Source of the DNA: an uncultured Bacillota bacterium
Lineage (GTDB): Bacteria > Bacillota > Clostridia > Christensenellales > UBA1242
Direction: 5' to 3'
Assembly (NCBI GenBank): GCA_949298925.1
Contig: CASFYE010000002.1
Span: forward strand, 1-46,225
Length of the DNA stretch: 46,225 nt
Shown: positions 9,077 through 19,732 of the stretch, one piece after another
Numbering within the stretch: the stretch's first letter is position 1
Layout: each line of letters opens with the position of its first letter
Translations under genes and position numbers: made by a program
Notes under the pieces: generated by a model
The model's database searches: none
What the model was told of the DNA's origin: nothing
What the model saw: only the letters and a program-made list of their open reading frames with translations

Positions 9077-9652
9077 GTGCAAGAAAAAAACAAAAATGTT
9101 AAAATTCAATCCATAGAGTTTAAACGTTATCGCTGGGCAGTTAAGATGTTCGTCGTGTCTGTGTGTCTTTCAAGCATCTTTTCAATCATAAGCCAATCAA
9201 TATTAAGCACATTAGGAGTCCTTGTGGCGACATTTCTCATCTTGTTATTTATTGCGGTAAGTGTGGTTTTTGATATGATTGGCATAGCAGTTACAAGTTG
9301 CGATGAAAAGTTTTTTTTAGAACTTATTGAAAAAAAACAGTTGGGTGCACAGGTCGCTCACAAGCTGTGCAGAAATTCGGAAAAAGTGTGTTCATTTTGT
9401 GCTGATGTCGTTGGAGATATATGTGGTATTTTGAGCGGAGCAGGAGGGGCATGCATAATAATGACTTTGTCAAAAAACATATCTTCTCCAAGCATTATTG
9501 TTATTATATCTACCGTAGTAAGTTCCTTAATAGCCGGTTTAATTATTTTTTTTAAAGCCATAATGAAAGGACGTGCAATAAAAAATGCAAATAAAATCAT
9601 TTTAAAAATTGGAAAAATTATAGAAAAACTTTTCTTTTTTAAAATCAAATAA
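9077..9652 (+). CDS. conserved polytopic membrane protein, function unknown
   Basis: 191-aa ORF with at least 4 hydrophobic helices. The start is uncertain (GTG 9077 or ATG 9146) and neither has a good RBS. Confidence 0.5.
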   Translation: MQEKNKNVKIQSIEFKRYRWAVKMFVVSVCLSSIFSIISQSILSTLGVLVATFLILLFIAVSVVFDMIGIAVTSCDEKFFLELIEKKQLGAQVAHKLCRNSEKVCSFCADVVGDICGILSGAGGACIIMTLSKNISSPSIIVIISTVVSSLIAGLIIFFKAIMKGRAIKNANKIILKIGKIIEKLFFFKIK

Positions 9653-9685
9653 TGAAATCTTTTTTAAATAAAATACAAAAAATGC

Positions 9686-9715
9686 TTGACAATAGTATTT
9701 TCAATATGGTATTAT
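9686..9715 (+). promoter_or_regulatory. sigma-A promoter of the infC-rpmI-rplT operon
   Basis: TTGACA (9686-9691), 18 nt, TGgTATTAT (hexamer at 9710-9715). Confidence 0.65.
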
Positions 9716-9721
9716 TGTCAA

Positions 9722-9857
9722 GACGAAAGCAGAAGACCACTTCTCACCGGTCAAACAGTTACAAGATTTAGACCGTGTTACAAACAAATTTTGCAAACGT
9801 TTTTGCATAATAATTGGGTTGTTTTGGTGGAGCTTTTGCGTTCTGCCAATTTTTTTA
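9722..9857 (+). promoter_or_regulatory. L20-type ribosomal protein leader / attenuator upstream of infC
   Basis: ~140-nt untranslated leader between the promoter and the infC RBS. Hairpin TGCAAA-cgtt-TTTGCA (~9791-9806). Terminator-like stem TTGGTGG (9824-9830) / CTGCCAA (9843-9849) followed by T7 (9850-9856). The position matches the Firmicutes L20 leader. Confidence 0.5.
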
Positions 9858-9875
9858 TAAAAGGAGAACACGACT

Positions 9876-10391
9876 ATTTTTAAAGAATTATTAATCAACG
9901 ATCAAATCACCGCTGATGAGGTAAGGTTAATAGGAGATGATGGAGCCCAACTTGGAGTTATGTCACTTGCATCAGCACAATCAATCGCAGATGAAAAGGA
10001 CCTTGACCTTGTGCTCATGAATGGCGGAGCAAAACCTGCGGTATGCAAATTAATGGACTATGGTAAATATAAATTTGACAGTATTAAGAAAGAAAAAGAA
10101 TTACGCAAAAACCAAAAAACCATTGAGATAAAAGAAATTCAGCTTTCAATGACTATCAGTGACCATGACATAGCATATCGCGTAACAAATGCAATAAAAT
10201 TTTTGACTGACGGAAACAAAGTTAAAATAACTTTGCGCATGAGAGGTAGACAGCAAGCTTACACCAAAACCTGCATTGATGTTGTGAAAAATTTTATAGC
10301 AAAACTTTCTGGTTATGGCAGTTGCGACAAGGAACCAGAAGTAAATGGAAAAAACATTATAGCCGTTGTAAATCCACAAAATAATAAATAA
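9876..10391 (+). CDS. infC: translation initiation factor IF-3 (non-canonical ATT start)
   Basis: The frame is open from 9861. AAGGAG (9861-9866) lies 9 nt before the in-frame ATT at 9876. This gives (M)FKELLINDQITADEVRLIGDDGAQLGV, the conserved IF-3 N-terminal domain, which the ATG-9960 ORF lacks. Confidence 0.9.
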   Translation: MFKELLINDQITADEVRLIGDDGAQLGVMSLASAQSIADEKDLDLVLMNGGAKPAVCKLMDYGKYKFDSIKKEKELRKNQKTIEIKEIQLSMTISDHDIAYRVTNAIKFLTDGNKVKITLRMRGRQQAYTKTCIDVVKNFIAKLSGYGSCDKEPEVNGKNIIAVVNPQNNK

Positions 10392-10405
10392 AAGGAGAAA
10401 ACATT

Positions 10406-10600
10406 ATGCCAAAACAAAAAACACACAGTGGTGCTAAAAAGCGCTTTAAACTTACAGCAACAGGAAAAGTAAAATATGCTCGACCAACCAAAGGGCACTT
10501 TTTGACAACAAAATCACAAGCAAGAAAAAGAAAATTAAGAAAGGGTTCATATATTGCCGGAAAGAATGCAGACAATATCAAAACCTTACTTGGAAAATAA
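10406..10600 (+). CDS. rpmI: 50S ribosomal protein L35
   Basis: 64-aa basic ORF starting MPKQKTHSGAKKRFK. Confidence 0.95.
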   Translation: MPKQKTHSGAKKRFKLTATGKVKYARPTKGHFLTTKSQARKRKLRKGSYIAGKNADNIKTLLGK

Positions 10601-10612
10601 GAGAGGTGTTAG

Positions 10613-10957
10613 ATGAGAATTAAAAGAAGCGTAAACGCATTGAAGAAGAGAAGAAAAATCTTAAAACAAGCAAAGGGTTATCGCGGTGCAAAATCAAAAC
10701 TTTACAGAGTAGCACGCGAACAAGTTATGAAAAGCGGAATGTATGCTTACATTGGCCGTCGCCAAAAGAAGAGAGATTTCCGTAGCCTTTGGATTACAAG
10801 AATAAACGCTGCTTGCAGACTTAACGGAATTTCATACAGCAAATTCATTGCTGGATTGAAATCAAAAAACATAGACCTTAACAGAAAGGTGCTTGCTGAT
10901 ATTGCGGTGAAAGACCCAACAGCTTTTACTGCTCTTGTAAATGAGGTTAAAGCTTAA
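10613..10957 (+). CDS. rplT: 50S ribosomal protein L20
   Basis: 114-aa ORF starting [18 protein letters not shown]. Confidence 0.95.
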   Translation: MRIKRSVNALKKRRKILKQAKGYRGAKSKLYRVAREQVMKSGMYAYIGRRQKKRDFRSLWITRINAACRLNGISYSKFIAGLKSKNIDLNRKVLADIAVKDPTAFTALVNEVKA

Positions 10958-10959
10958 CC

Positions 10960-11676
10960 ATGCAAAAGGCAAGCAAAACACTTGTCAAAAATTTAAAAAA
11001 GCAAAAAAGAGAAAATGATTTTTTGCTTTTTTTAGATAACTACAAAATTATAAAAGATGCCATTAACAGCGGTATTAAACCAAAATTAGCATTGATTACA
11101 AAAGACTTTAATCAAATGGCTTTTGATTGCGAAACTTTTGTCGCAGACGAATCTTTATTAAAAGAATTAACCGACGTTAAAACACCACAAAATGTGTGTG
11201 TTATTGTTGAATACACACAAGATGTGTTGAAAACTCCCAAAAATCATTTTTTAGTTTTGGACGGCTTGCAAGATCCAGGAAATGTTGGAACTCTCATTAG
11301 AAGCGCTCTCGCTAGCGGAATGGAAAGAGTTTTTATTCTCTCTGGTGTCAAGCCTACAAATTCAAAACTTGTGAGAAGCTCGGCAGGGGCAATTTTTCAA
11401 ATTCCTATTCATGCTATGGAAAGAGAAGATTTTTGCAATTTTGCATTAAAAGAAAAATTAAACTTGATCTATGCAGATATGCAAGGAAAAGATATATTTT
11501 CATACTCTGCTAAAAAGCCTGTAGGAATTGTTGTTGGAAATGAAGGCAACGGAGTTAGCAAGCAACTAAGAAACATTTGTGAGGAATCAGTTGCAATACC
11601 AATGCACAGCGGTATTGAAAGCTTAAACGCTGGCGTTAGTGGTTCAATCATCATGTTTGAATTAACAAAAAAATAA
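10960..11676 (+). CDS. TrmH/SpoU-family RNA 2'-O-methyltransferase
   Basis: 238-aa ORF with SpoU motifs DPGNVGTLIRSA, GNEGNGVS and SLNAGVSGSI. Confidence 0.8.
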   Translation: MQKASKTLVKNLKKQKRENDFLLFLDNYKIIKDAINSGIKPKLALITKDFNQMAFDCETFVADESLLKELTDVKTPQNVCVIVEYTQDVLKTPKNHFLVLDGLQDPGNVGTLIRSALASGMERVFILSGVKPTNSKLVRSSAGAIFQIPIHAMEREDFCNFALKEKLNLIYADMQGKDIFSYSAKKPVGIVVGNEGNGVSKQLRNICEESVAIPMHSGIESLNAGVSGSIIMFELTKK

Positions 11677-11689
11677 TAGGAGGAAACAT

Positions 11690-12424
11690 ATGTCAGGACA
11701 TTCAAAGTGGCACAACATACAAGCTACAAAGGGCAAAATGGACGCTGCAAGAAGCAAAATATTTACAAAAATAGGACGTGAACTAGCAGTAGCAGTCAAG
11801 TCAGGTGGTCCTGATCCTACAACAAACGCGAAACTTAGAGATGTTATTTCAAAAGCAAAGCAAAACAACATGCCAAACGACAATATCGACAGAAGCATAA
11901 AAAAAGCTTCAGGCGAGCTAGGTTCTGTCAACTACGAATCAATCGTCTATGAAGGGTATGGCATTGGAGGCTCAGCGGTGATCGTAGAATGCCTCACAGA
12001 CAACAAAAATCGAACGGCAGGTGATGTAAGACACGCTTTTGATAAGCACGGTGGCAGTCTTGGTTCAAACGGCTGTGTTAGCTACCTCTTTCAAAGAAAG
12101 GGCATTATAATAGTTCCACGAGAGGAAGGGCTTGATAGTGATGCGTTAATGATGGACTCTCTTGAATTAGGGGCAAAGGACGTCATTGAGGAAGATGACG
12201 AAATAGAAATCATTACCGAACCAAACGAAGTCACTCAAATCAAGCAATCACTTGAAGATAAAGGCTACAACATCGTTTTGGCAGAATCTCAATTGGTGCC
12301 TGACCTTTATGTCGATTTAGATCAATCAAAACTTGTTTCATTTCAAAAGATGTTAGATGTTTTAAATGATTTAGACGACGTGCAGGAAGTTTATCACAAT
12401 GTCAATTTACCTGATGAAGAATAA
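11690..12424 (+). CDS. yebC: YebC/PmpR-family DNA-binding regulator
   Basis: 244-aa ORF starting MSGHSKWHNIQ..KG..D..R.K.F.K. Confidence 0.9.
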   Translation: MSGHSKWHNIQATKGKMDAARSKIFTKIGRELAVAVKSGGPDPTTNAKLRDVISKAKQNNMPNDNIDRSIKKASGELGSVNYESIVYEGYGIGGSAVIVECLTDNKNRTAGDVRHAFDKHGGSLGSNGCVSYLFQRKGIIIVPREEGLDSDALMMDSLELGAKDVIEEDDEIEIITEPNEVTQIKQSLEDKGYNIVLAESQLVPDLYVDLDQSKLVSFQKMLDVLNDLDDVQEVYHNVNLPDEE

Positions 12425-12537
12425 ATCAAAATCAAATTTAAAACTTGTAATAAATCAAAATCAAATTTAAAACTTGTAATAAATCAAAATCAAATTTAAA
12501 ACTTATAATAAATCAAAATCAAATTTAAAACTTGTTT
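12422..12537. repeat. 29-bp tandem repeat, 4 copies
   Basis: Unit TAAATCAAAATCAAATTTAAAACTTGTAA at 12422, 12451, 12480 (1 mismatch) and 12509. Copy 1 begins with the yebC stop codon. Copy 4 runs into the terminator stem. Confidence 0.9.
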
Positions 12538-12560
12538 TGTTAAACAAGTTTTTTTATTTT
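12527..12560 (+). terminator. rho-independent terminator after yebC
   Basis: 11-bp stem AAAACTTGTTT / AAACAAGTTTT with loop TGTT, followed by a T-run. Confidence 0.8.
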
Positions 12561-12632
12561 TGAAATATAAAAAACAAATAACTTATAAATTTAAAAATGG
12601 ATTATTTATGAGTCATAAACTTTTGTTTTTAT

Positions 12633-12662
12633 TTGACTTTGTTTATTGTAATATATTATACT
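12633..12662 (+). promoter_or_regulatory. sigma-A promoter of ruvCAB; predicted leaderless transcript
   Basis: TTGACT (12633-12638), 18 nt, TATACT (12657-12662). The ATG at 12669 lies exactly 6 nt after the -10 hexamer and there is no SD. Confidence 0.5.
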
Positions 12663-12668
12663 CTTTAT

Positions 12669-13157
12669 ATGAAAGTTCTTGGTATAGACCCTGGTTATGC
12701 TATTATAGGCTACGGCGTAATTGACACTACAAAAGATAACAAAGTGATTGATTATGGTGTTATAACGACACCAAAAGAAGATTCTATTGCTATAAGATTA
12801 AAAAACATAGAAAGCGCTTTAATTTCACTTTTTAACGCTTATAGCCCAGATGCTGTTGCCATAGAAGAGCTTTTTTATTTTAAAAATCAAAAGACAATCA
12901 TACCAGTCGCAGAAGCAAGAGGGGTGATATTACTAACTGCTCAAAAGTTCTGCGAAAATATATATGAATACACTCCAATGCAAATCAAACAAGCGCTCAC
13001 AGGACAGGGAAGAGCAGAAAAAAAACAAGTTCAATTTATGGTTAAAAGCATATTAGGTCTTAAAGATATTCCAAAACCTGATGACGCGGCTGACGCATTA
13101 GCTGTTGCTTTAACACACGCTCAAACCAGCCCTAGACTTAACATCAATAAAGTATAA
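12669..13157 (+). CDS. ruvC: crossover junction endodeoxyribonuclease RuvC
   Basis: MKVLGIDPGYA N-terminus (catalytic Asp) and DAADALAVALTH near the C-terminus. The ORF-track start TTG 12633 is actually the -35 box. Confidence 0.9.
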   Translation: MKVLGIDPGYAIIGYGVIDTTKDNKVIDYGVITTPKEDSIAIRLKNIESALISLFNAYSPDAVAIEELFYFKNQKTIIPVAEARGVILLTAQKFCENIYEYTPMQIKQALTGQGRAEKKQVQFMVKSILGLKDIPKPDDAADALAVALTHAQTSPRLNINKV

Positions 13158-13168
13158 AGGAGAAAAAT

Positions 13169-13762
13169 ATGATTTCATTTTTTGTCGGGGTTATTGAAGA
13201 AAAAAGGGAAGACAATTTGACTATTGATGTAAATGGAATTGGTTTTGATTTGGCAATTTCTAAAACCACATTTTTATCATTACCAGAACATGGTGAAACA
13301 GTAAAAATTTTAACCCATATGTCCGTTAGAGAAGACGGCGTTTCATTATATGGGTTTTCATCAAGTGAAGAAAAAAATTTGTTTTTACGATTGATCGAGG
13401 TGTCTGGTGTCGGTCCAAAATTAGCCTTAAGCATACTGTCAGGAATGTCGCTGTCAGATTTAATAATTTCAATAATTAAAGAAGACGTTCGTGCTCTTTC
13501 ATCAATAAAGGGCTTGGGCAAAAAGACAGCCGAAAGATTATGTTTGGAATTAAAAGACAAATTGTCGCCTTGCCAAAGCGACAATGAAGCAAACTCACAA
13601 AAATTCGAATATGACGAAGATGCTTTAAATCTCGCTGTGGAAACACTTATTTCACTTGGCATAAACAAAAACGAAGCTTACTTACTTGCAAAAAGCAATG
13701 CGGGGCCAAATGTTTGCGCAGAAGAAATTATATCAAAATCACTTAGATCGTACAGGAGTTAA
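13169..13762 (+). CDS. ruvA: Holliday junction DNA helicase RuvA
   Basis: 197-aa ORF with HhH motifs ([22 protein letters not shown]). Confidence 0.9.
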   Translation: MISFFVGVIEEKREDNLTIDVNGIGFDLAISKTTFLSLPEHGETVKILTHMSVREDGVSLYGFSSSEEKNLFLRLIEVSGVGPKLALSILSGMSLSDLIISIIKEDVRALSSIKGLGKKTAERLCLELKDKLSPCQSDNEANSQKFEYDEDALNLAVETLISLGINKNEAYLLAKSNAGPNVCAEEIISKSLRSYRS

Positions 13763-13764
13763 AG

Positions 13765-14805
13765 ATGGAAGATAGATTCATAACTAGCACAAAAAATCTT
13801 ACTGACGCAGAAATTGAAAACAGCTTACGTCCTACATCATTCGATGAATATGTTGGTCAAAAAAAGGTTGTTGAAAGCTTACTCGTCTACATCAAGGCAG
13901 CAAAATCAAGAAAAGAAAATCTTGACCACGTTTTGTTATATGGGCCACCTGGACTTGGAAAGACCACACTTTCACACATCATAGCAAATGAGCTTGGATC
14001 ACAACTAAAAATAACATCTGGACCTGCGATTGAACATGCAGCTGATCTTGCAGCTATTTTGACAAATTTAAATGAAAATGACGTCTTGTTTATTGATGAA
14101 ATTCATCGCTTGCATAAGACGGTTGAAGAGATTTTATATCCAGCTATGGAGGACTTTGCGTTGGACTTTATCGTAGGCAAAGGGCCTTCGGCAAAAAATA
14201 TGCGACTCAAAATCCAACCATTTACTCTTATTGGCGCGACAACGAGGGCAGGAATGTTAACAAATCCGCTCCGTGACAGATTTGGAGTTATTTGTAGGCT
14301 GGAATTGTACTCGCCAGATGAGTTAAAAATAATAATAAACCGCTCTGCAAGAATACTAAATGTAGAAATTGACGATTTGGCAAGTGAGGAAATTGCCAAA
14401 CGTTCACGTGGAACACCTAGAATTGCAAATAGATTGTTAAAGAGAATTCGCGACTATGCTGATGTAAAAGGGGAAGGTAAAATCACAAAAAATATAGCAG
14501 ATTCTACGTTAGATATAATGGAAATAGATGATTTAGGGCTAGACTTCATTGATAGAAAAATTTTATCATCAATAATTCATAAATTTGGCGGAGGTCCTGT
14601 TGGGCTTGACACTCTTGCTGCGACAATCAGCGAAGATGCCTCCACAATTGAAGATGTTTACGAGCCTTATCTTTTACAACTTGGTTTTATTGCAAGATCG
14701 CCAAGGGGAAGAATAGCAACCGAACTCGCCTATAAACATCTTGGTGAAGAATATGCCAATAAAAATGAAAACAATAAAAAAGGGAACAAAAAAGAAAACC
14801 AATAA
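13765..14805 (+). CDS. ruvB: Holliday junction DNA helicase RuvB
   Basis: 346-aa ORF with Walker [18 protein letters not shown] and the [11 protein letters not shown] motif. Confidence 0.95.
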   Translation: MEDRFITSTKNLTDAEIENSLRPTSFDEYVGQKKVVESLLVYIKAAKSRKENLDHVLLYGPPGLGKTTLSHIIANELGSQLKITSGPAIEHAADLAAILTNLNENDVLFIDEIHRLHKTVEEILYPAMEDFALDFIVGKGPSAKNMRLKIQPFTLIGATTRAGMLTNPLRDRFGVICRLELYSPDELKIIINRSARILNVEIDDLASEEIAKRSRGTPRIANRLLKRIRDYADVKGEGKITKNIADSTLDIMEIDDLGLDFIDRKILSSIIHKFGGGPVGLDTLAATISEDASTIEDVYEPYLLQLGFIARSPRGRIATELAYKHLGEEYANKNENNKKGNKKENQ

Positions 14806-14818
14806 ATTTTGTTAATGG

Positions 14819-15856
14819 ATGAATTTTATGGATTTACTAAGTAAAAAAAGTTATTACTATGACTTACCTGAAAATTTAATTGCACAATCGCCGATAGAGC
14901 CACGTGATCACTCTCGGTTACTTGTTTATCATAAAAATTCAAAGGTTATTGAACACAAACATTTTTATGATATAACAGATTATTTAAAAAAAGGTGATAT
15001 CCTTGTGATAAATGACACAAAGGTCTTACCAGCACGACTTTATGGCTACAAAGAAAGTGGGGCAAAAATTGAAGTGTTGTTGCACAAAAGGATAGATCTA
15101 AAAAATTGGGAATGTTTAGCTCGACCTTTAAAGCGCTTAAAGATAGGAGACAAAATAGTTTTCAGCAAAAATTTAAGTTGTGTTATAACAAAAAAGCTCG
15201 ACGATGGTCTGTGTGAAATGTCATTTGAATATGAAGGTGTTTTCGAACATCACTTGTCTGAAATAGGCACCATGCCTTTACCACCTTATATTAAAGAAAA
15301 ATTAAAAGATCAATCAAGATATCAAACCGTTTATGCAAAAGTTGAAGGTTCATCTGCGGCTCCAACTGCGGGCTTGCATTTTACTCCACAACTACTTAAA
15401 AAAATAGAAGAAATGGGTGTTAAGATTGTTCGAGTACTTCTTCACGTGGGGTTAGGAACATTTAGGCCTGTAAAAGAAGATAACATTTTAAAACATGATA
15501 TGCACTCGGAATTTTTTGAAATGACAAAAGATAATGCGGACATTTTAAATCAAGCAAAAAGTGAGGGACGAAGAATAATTGCAGTTGGGACAACAAGTGT
15601 TAGAGTCTTAGAAAGCGCGTGCGATGAAATGGGAAAAGTCATTCCTCAAAAACGCGAAACCAAAATTTTTATTTATCCACCTTATAATTTTAAAATAACA
15701 ACTGGCTTGATAACAAACTTTCATTTGCCTGAGAGCACTTTGATTATGCTGGTTTCTGCATTCATAGGCCGAGATGAAACAATGAAAGTTTATAATGAAG
15801 CAATAAATGAAAAATATCGTTTTTTCAGTTTTGGAGATGCTTGCTTTTTTATATAG
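14819..15856 (+). CDS. queA: S-adenosylmethionine:tRNA ribosyltransferase-isomerase
   Basis: 345-aa ORF with YDLPE.LIAQ.P..PRD.SRLL and TNFHLPEST motifs. The start could instead be ATG 14828. Confidence 0.95.
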   Translation: MNFMDLLSKKSYYYDLPENLIAQSPIEPRDHSRLLVYHKNSKVIEHKHFYDITDYLKKGDILVINDTKVLPARLYGYKESGAKIEVLLHKRIDLKNWECLARPLKRLKIGDKIVFSKNLSCVITKKLDDGLCEMSFEYEGVFEHHLSEIGTMPLPPYIKEKLKDQSRYQTVYAKVEGSSAAPTAGLHFTPQLLKKIEEMGVKIVRVLLHVGLGTFRPVKEDNILKHDMHSEFFEMTKDNADILNQAKSEGRRIIAVGTTSVRVLESACDEMGKVIPQKRETKIFIYPPYNFKITTGLITNFHLPESTLIMLVSAFIGRDETMKVYNEAINEKYRFFSFGDACFFI

Positions 15857-15885
15857 AACAATATGTTGTATTGTTAATGTTATAA

Positions 15886-17031
<1,146 letters not shown>

Positions 17032-17092
17032 CATTTGATGTTATATTTTTCATTCTTAATTTAATGCATATTTCATTTAAATAAAATTTTGT

Positions 17093-17121
17093 TTGACTTA
17101 AACTAAAAAATAGGGTATAAT
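17093..17121 (+). promoter_or_regulatory. consensus sigma-A promoter of rny
   Basis: TTGACT (17093-17098), 17 nt, TATAAT (17116-17121). Confidence 0.75.
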
Positions 17122-17168
17122 TTTGATAAGGTTTTAATAACCAAAATTTTATATAAAGGGGTGAAAGT

Positions 17169-18755
17169 ATGAGCATAGCAATTCTTTGTGCTGTGACTCC
17201 TGCGATTGCCGTTGTGATTGCACTTGTCTGTTTCGCCGTTGGAATCGGTGGCGGAATAGGTTTGTATAAATTAATTGCAACTAAAAAACTCGGTAAATCA
17301 AAATCGAACGCTGTTCGAATTATCGAAGAGGCATACGCAGAAGCAAAGACAATAAAAAAAGAAGCTTCATTGGAAGCAAAAGAAGCAAGCCACAAATATC
17401 GCGAAGATGTGGAAAGTGAATTAAAAGAAAGGCGAATTGAAATTCAAAAATCAGAAGAAAGGCTGACCGAAAGAGAAAAATTTATAGAAACTAAAGAACT
17501 TTCTCTTGACAGAAAAAGTGAGCAAATCGAAGCTGAAAAGCAACGTATTATTGAAGATAAAGAAAAACTGACGAAAGAGATTGACGAACAGATTAAAATT
17601 AAAAATGACATGCTTGCCACATTAGAAAAAATTAGTGGCATGAAAAAACAAGAAGCGAAGGACTTGCTTGTTTCAAATATGACAGAAGAGGCAAAAAAAG
17701 AAGCCGGAAACATCATTAGAAAAATCGAAGATCAAGCAAAAGAGGAAGGCGATAAAAAAGCTCGCGACATTGTTGCAAGCGCGATTCAAAAATGTGCGAC
17801 GGACTTATCAACCGAAATGACCGTTTCTGTAGTAGCACTTCCAACAGATGAAATGAAAGGCAGAATAATCGGCAGAGAGGGCAGAAATATCCGTGCTATT
17901 GAAAGTGCAACCGGCGTTGAACTCATTGTTGATGACACACCTGAAAGCATAACTATTTCTTCCTTTGATCCTATTAGAAGAGAAATAGCAAGGTTAAGTT
18001 TGGAAAAACTTATCGTTGATGGCAGAATTCATCCTACAAGGATCGAAGAAATAGTTGAGCGTATGTCAAAAGAAGTTGACAAAGCAATAAAAGAAGCTGG
18101 AGATAAAGCCTGCGAAGAGGTGGGCATTTACAATCTTCATCCAGAGTTAGTAAAGATCTTAGGGCGTTTAAAGTTTAGAACTAGTTATGGCCAAAACTGT
18201 TTAAAACACAGCATAGAAACAGCCATTTTAGCCGGACAAATTGCTACTGAACTAGGAGCAGATGCTAAAATTGCACAGCGAGGCGGATTGTTACATGATA
18301 TTGGAAAAGCTCTTGACCATGAGGTTGAAGGAACTCACGTTCAAATAGGCGTGGACTTAGCAACAAAGTATAAAGAGAATCCTGCTGTTATCCATTGCAT
18401 AGAAGCGCATCATTTTAACGTTGAATTTAAATCAGTTGAAGCAGTAATAGTTCAAATAGCCGATGCCATTTCAAGCACAAGACCTGGTGCAAGACGCGAA
18501 AGCTTTGAAAATTATATTAAACGCCTTCAACAGCTTGAAGAAATCTCATCTAGCTTTAAGGGTGTTGAAAAAGCATTCGCAGTTCAAGCGGGAAGAGAAG
18601 TACGCATAATTGTAAAACCAGACCAAATATCTGACAACGATGCGATGTTCTTAGCTAAAGATATCGCAAAACGTATAGAAGATGAAATGCAATATCCGGG
18701 TCAAATCAAGGTTAACGTTATTAGAGAATCGAGATTTTCAGAAACAGCTAAATAA
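17169..18755 (+). CDS. rny: ribonuclease Y
   Basis: 528-aa ORF with an N-terminal TM helix, a coiled coil, a KH domain (GRIIGREGRNIR) and an HD domain (LLHDIGKA). Confidence 0.95.
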   Translation: MSIAILCAVTPAIAVVIALVCFAVGIGGGIGLYKLIATKKLGKSKSNAVRIIEEAYAEAKTIKKEASLEAKEASHKYREDVESELKERRIEIQKSEERLTEREKFIETKELSLDRKSEQIEAEKQRIIEDKEKLTKEIDEQIKIKNDMLATLEKISGMKKQEAKDLLVSNMTEEAKKEAGNIIRKIEDQAKEEGDKKARDIVASAIQKCATDLSTEMTVSVVALPTDEMKGRIIGREGRNIRAIESATGVELIVDDTPESITISSFDPIRREIARLSLEKLIVDGRIHPTRIEEIVERMSKEVDKAIKEAGDKACEEVGIYNLHPELVKILGRLKFRTSYGQNCLKHSIETAILAGQIATELGADAKIAQRGGLLHDIGKALDHEVEGTHVQIGVDLATKYKENPAVIHCIEAHHFNVEFKSVEAVIVQIADAISSTRPGARRESFENYIKRLQQLEEISSSFKGVEKAFAVQAGREVRIIVKPDQISDNDAMFLAKDIAKRIEDEMQYPGQIKVNVIRESRFSETAK

Positions 18756-18760
18756 ATTAA

Positions 18761-18786
18761 AGGTCAAAATTTTGGCCTTTTTTTAT
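18761..18786 (+). terminator. rho-independent terminator after rny
   Basis: AGGTCAAA / TTTGGCCT stem followed by T8. Confidence 0.6.
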
Positions 18787-19022
18787 ATGCATAAATTTGT
18801 TTTTTTAGAACAAATTAAACTCAGGTCAAGAAAAATCTTGATCCAAAAACGAAAAACGCAATAAAGTATATTATTATTTTACCAGCGTTTTTCTTTTTTT
18901 TATTTCCTTTTTTAGCATGTCAAAAATTTAACAGTTAAAATTAATCTTTCTTTACTTGTTTATGTATTATAAAAAAGCAAGATTTTATTTGCTTAAACAA
19001 GAATTTATTTCTTAGATAAAAT

Positions 19023-19649
19023 TTGTATATTCTAAAAAGCGATATTTTTCATAAAATGAATTGTAGTATGATTTTGGAAAATATTGCATCATTTTTTTCT
19101 GACAACATTTTATTAGCGACATTAATAATAGCTTTAATACCTGGGTTAGAGGGCAGAATAGCTATTCCTTTTGCATTGTCAACTCAGCTTCTTGCTGAAA
19201 ATACTTTAACGCCTTTTGTCGCATTCATTTCAGCTTTTCTTGGTTCAATCATTCCATGTATTCCCATTATACTTTTAACAAGAAAACTTAAGAATTTATA
19301 TTTTAAAAATATATCTAAAAATCGATTTCATAATAAGATAGAGAAAATTTCAACAACCTCTTCAACCTTTAAAAAGATTTTTTTATTATCCACGTTTGTG
19401 GCTATACCGTTGCCAATGACAGGAGTATGGTCGGGAAGTATAATAGCAGGTTTTACATCATTAAAAATTTGGCAAAGTTTTATTGGTATTTGCCTAGGAA
19501 GTGCCGTTGCTTGCTCAATTATTTTAATAATATGTTTGTTTTTTGAAAACTCAACGTTGCAAATATTATTGTTTTCACTTTGTTTGTTGGCAATATTTGT
19601 TATTGTAGAGCTTATTTCAAGCTTAATAAGAAAAAACGCGTCTAAATAA
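19023..19649 (+). CDS. membrane protein, small multidrug export-like (COG2426-type)
   Basis: Polytopic ORF with LIPGLEGRIAIPF and IPLPMTGVWSGS motifs, which I associate with that family. The start codon is uncertain (TTG 19023 or a downstream ATG). Confidence 0.55.
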   Translation: MYILKSDIFHKMNCSMILENIASFFSDNILLATLIIALIPGLEGRIAIPFALSTQLLAENTLTPFVAFISAFLGSIIPCIPIILLTRKLKNLYFKNISKNRFHNKIEKISTTSSTFKKIFLLSTFVAIPLPMTGVWSGSIIAGFTSLKIWQSFIGICLGSAVACSIILIICLFFENSTLQILLFSLCLLAIFVIVELISSLIRKNASK

Positions 19650-19665
19650 TAGTAAACGCGTTTTT
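19632..19665. terminator. possible bidirectional terminator between convergent genes
   Basis: AAAAACGCG (19632-19640) pairs with CGCGTTTTT (19657-19665) around a 16-nt loop, with A/T runs on both sides. Confidence 0.4.
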
Positions 19666-19732
19666 CCTCTATAAGTTAAGTTGTTAAAACTTAACCTATT
19701 AGTGTTATGTGCAAACTTTTAAAGATTATTTA

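Noticed and set aside
8816-9109. 97-aa Lys-rich repeat ORF on the minus strand (KSY heptad-like repeats)
   Set aside because: It is the translation of the complement of the T-rich repeat array. It has only a TTG start with no convincing RBS. Its 5' end overlaps the divergent membrane-protein ORF, and its promoter would have to lie inside that gene. The frame staying open for 97 codons is mildly suggestive, so I kept it as an alternative in the repeat finding rather than calling a CDS.
19689-19717. dif-like site (ACTTAACCTATTAGTGTTATGTGCAAACT) at the point where gene orientation switches from + to -
   Set aside because: The blocks ACTT, CCTA, TTATGT and AAACT occur in the same order as in B. 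subtilis dif as I remember it (ACTTCCTAGAATATATATTATGTAAACT). However, the spacings differ (+2, -3, +2 nt), so the 11-6-11 Xer architecture is not preserved. The orientation switch alone does not prove a terminus. Whole-genome GC skew would be decisive.
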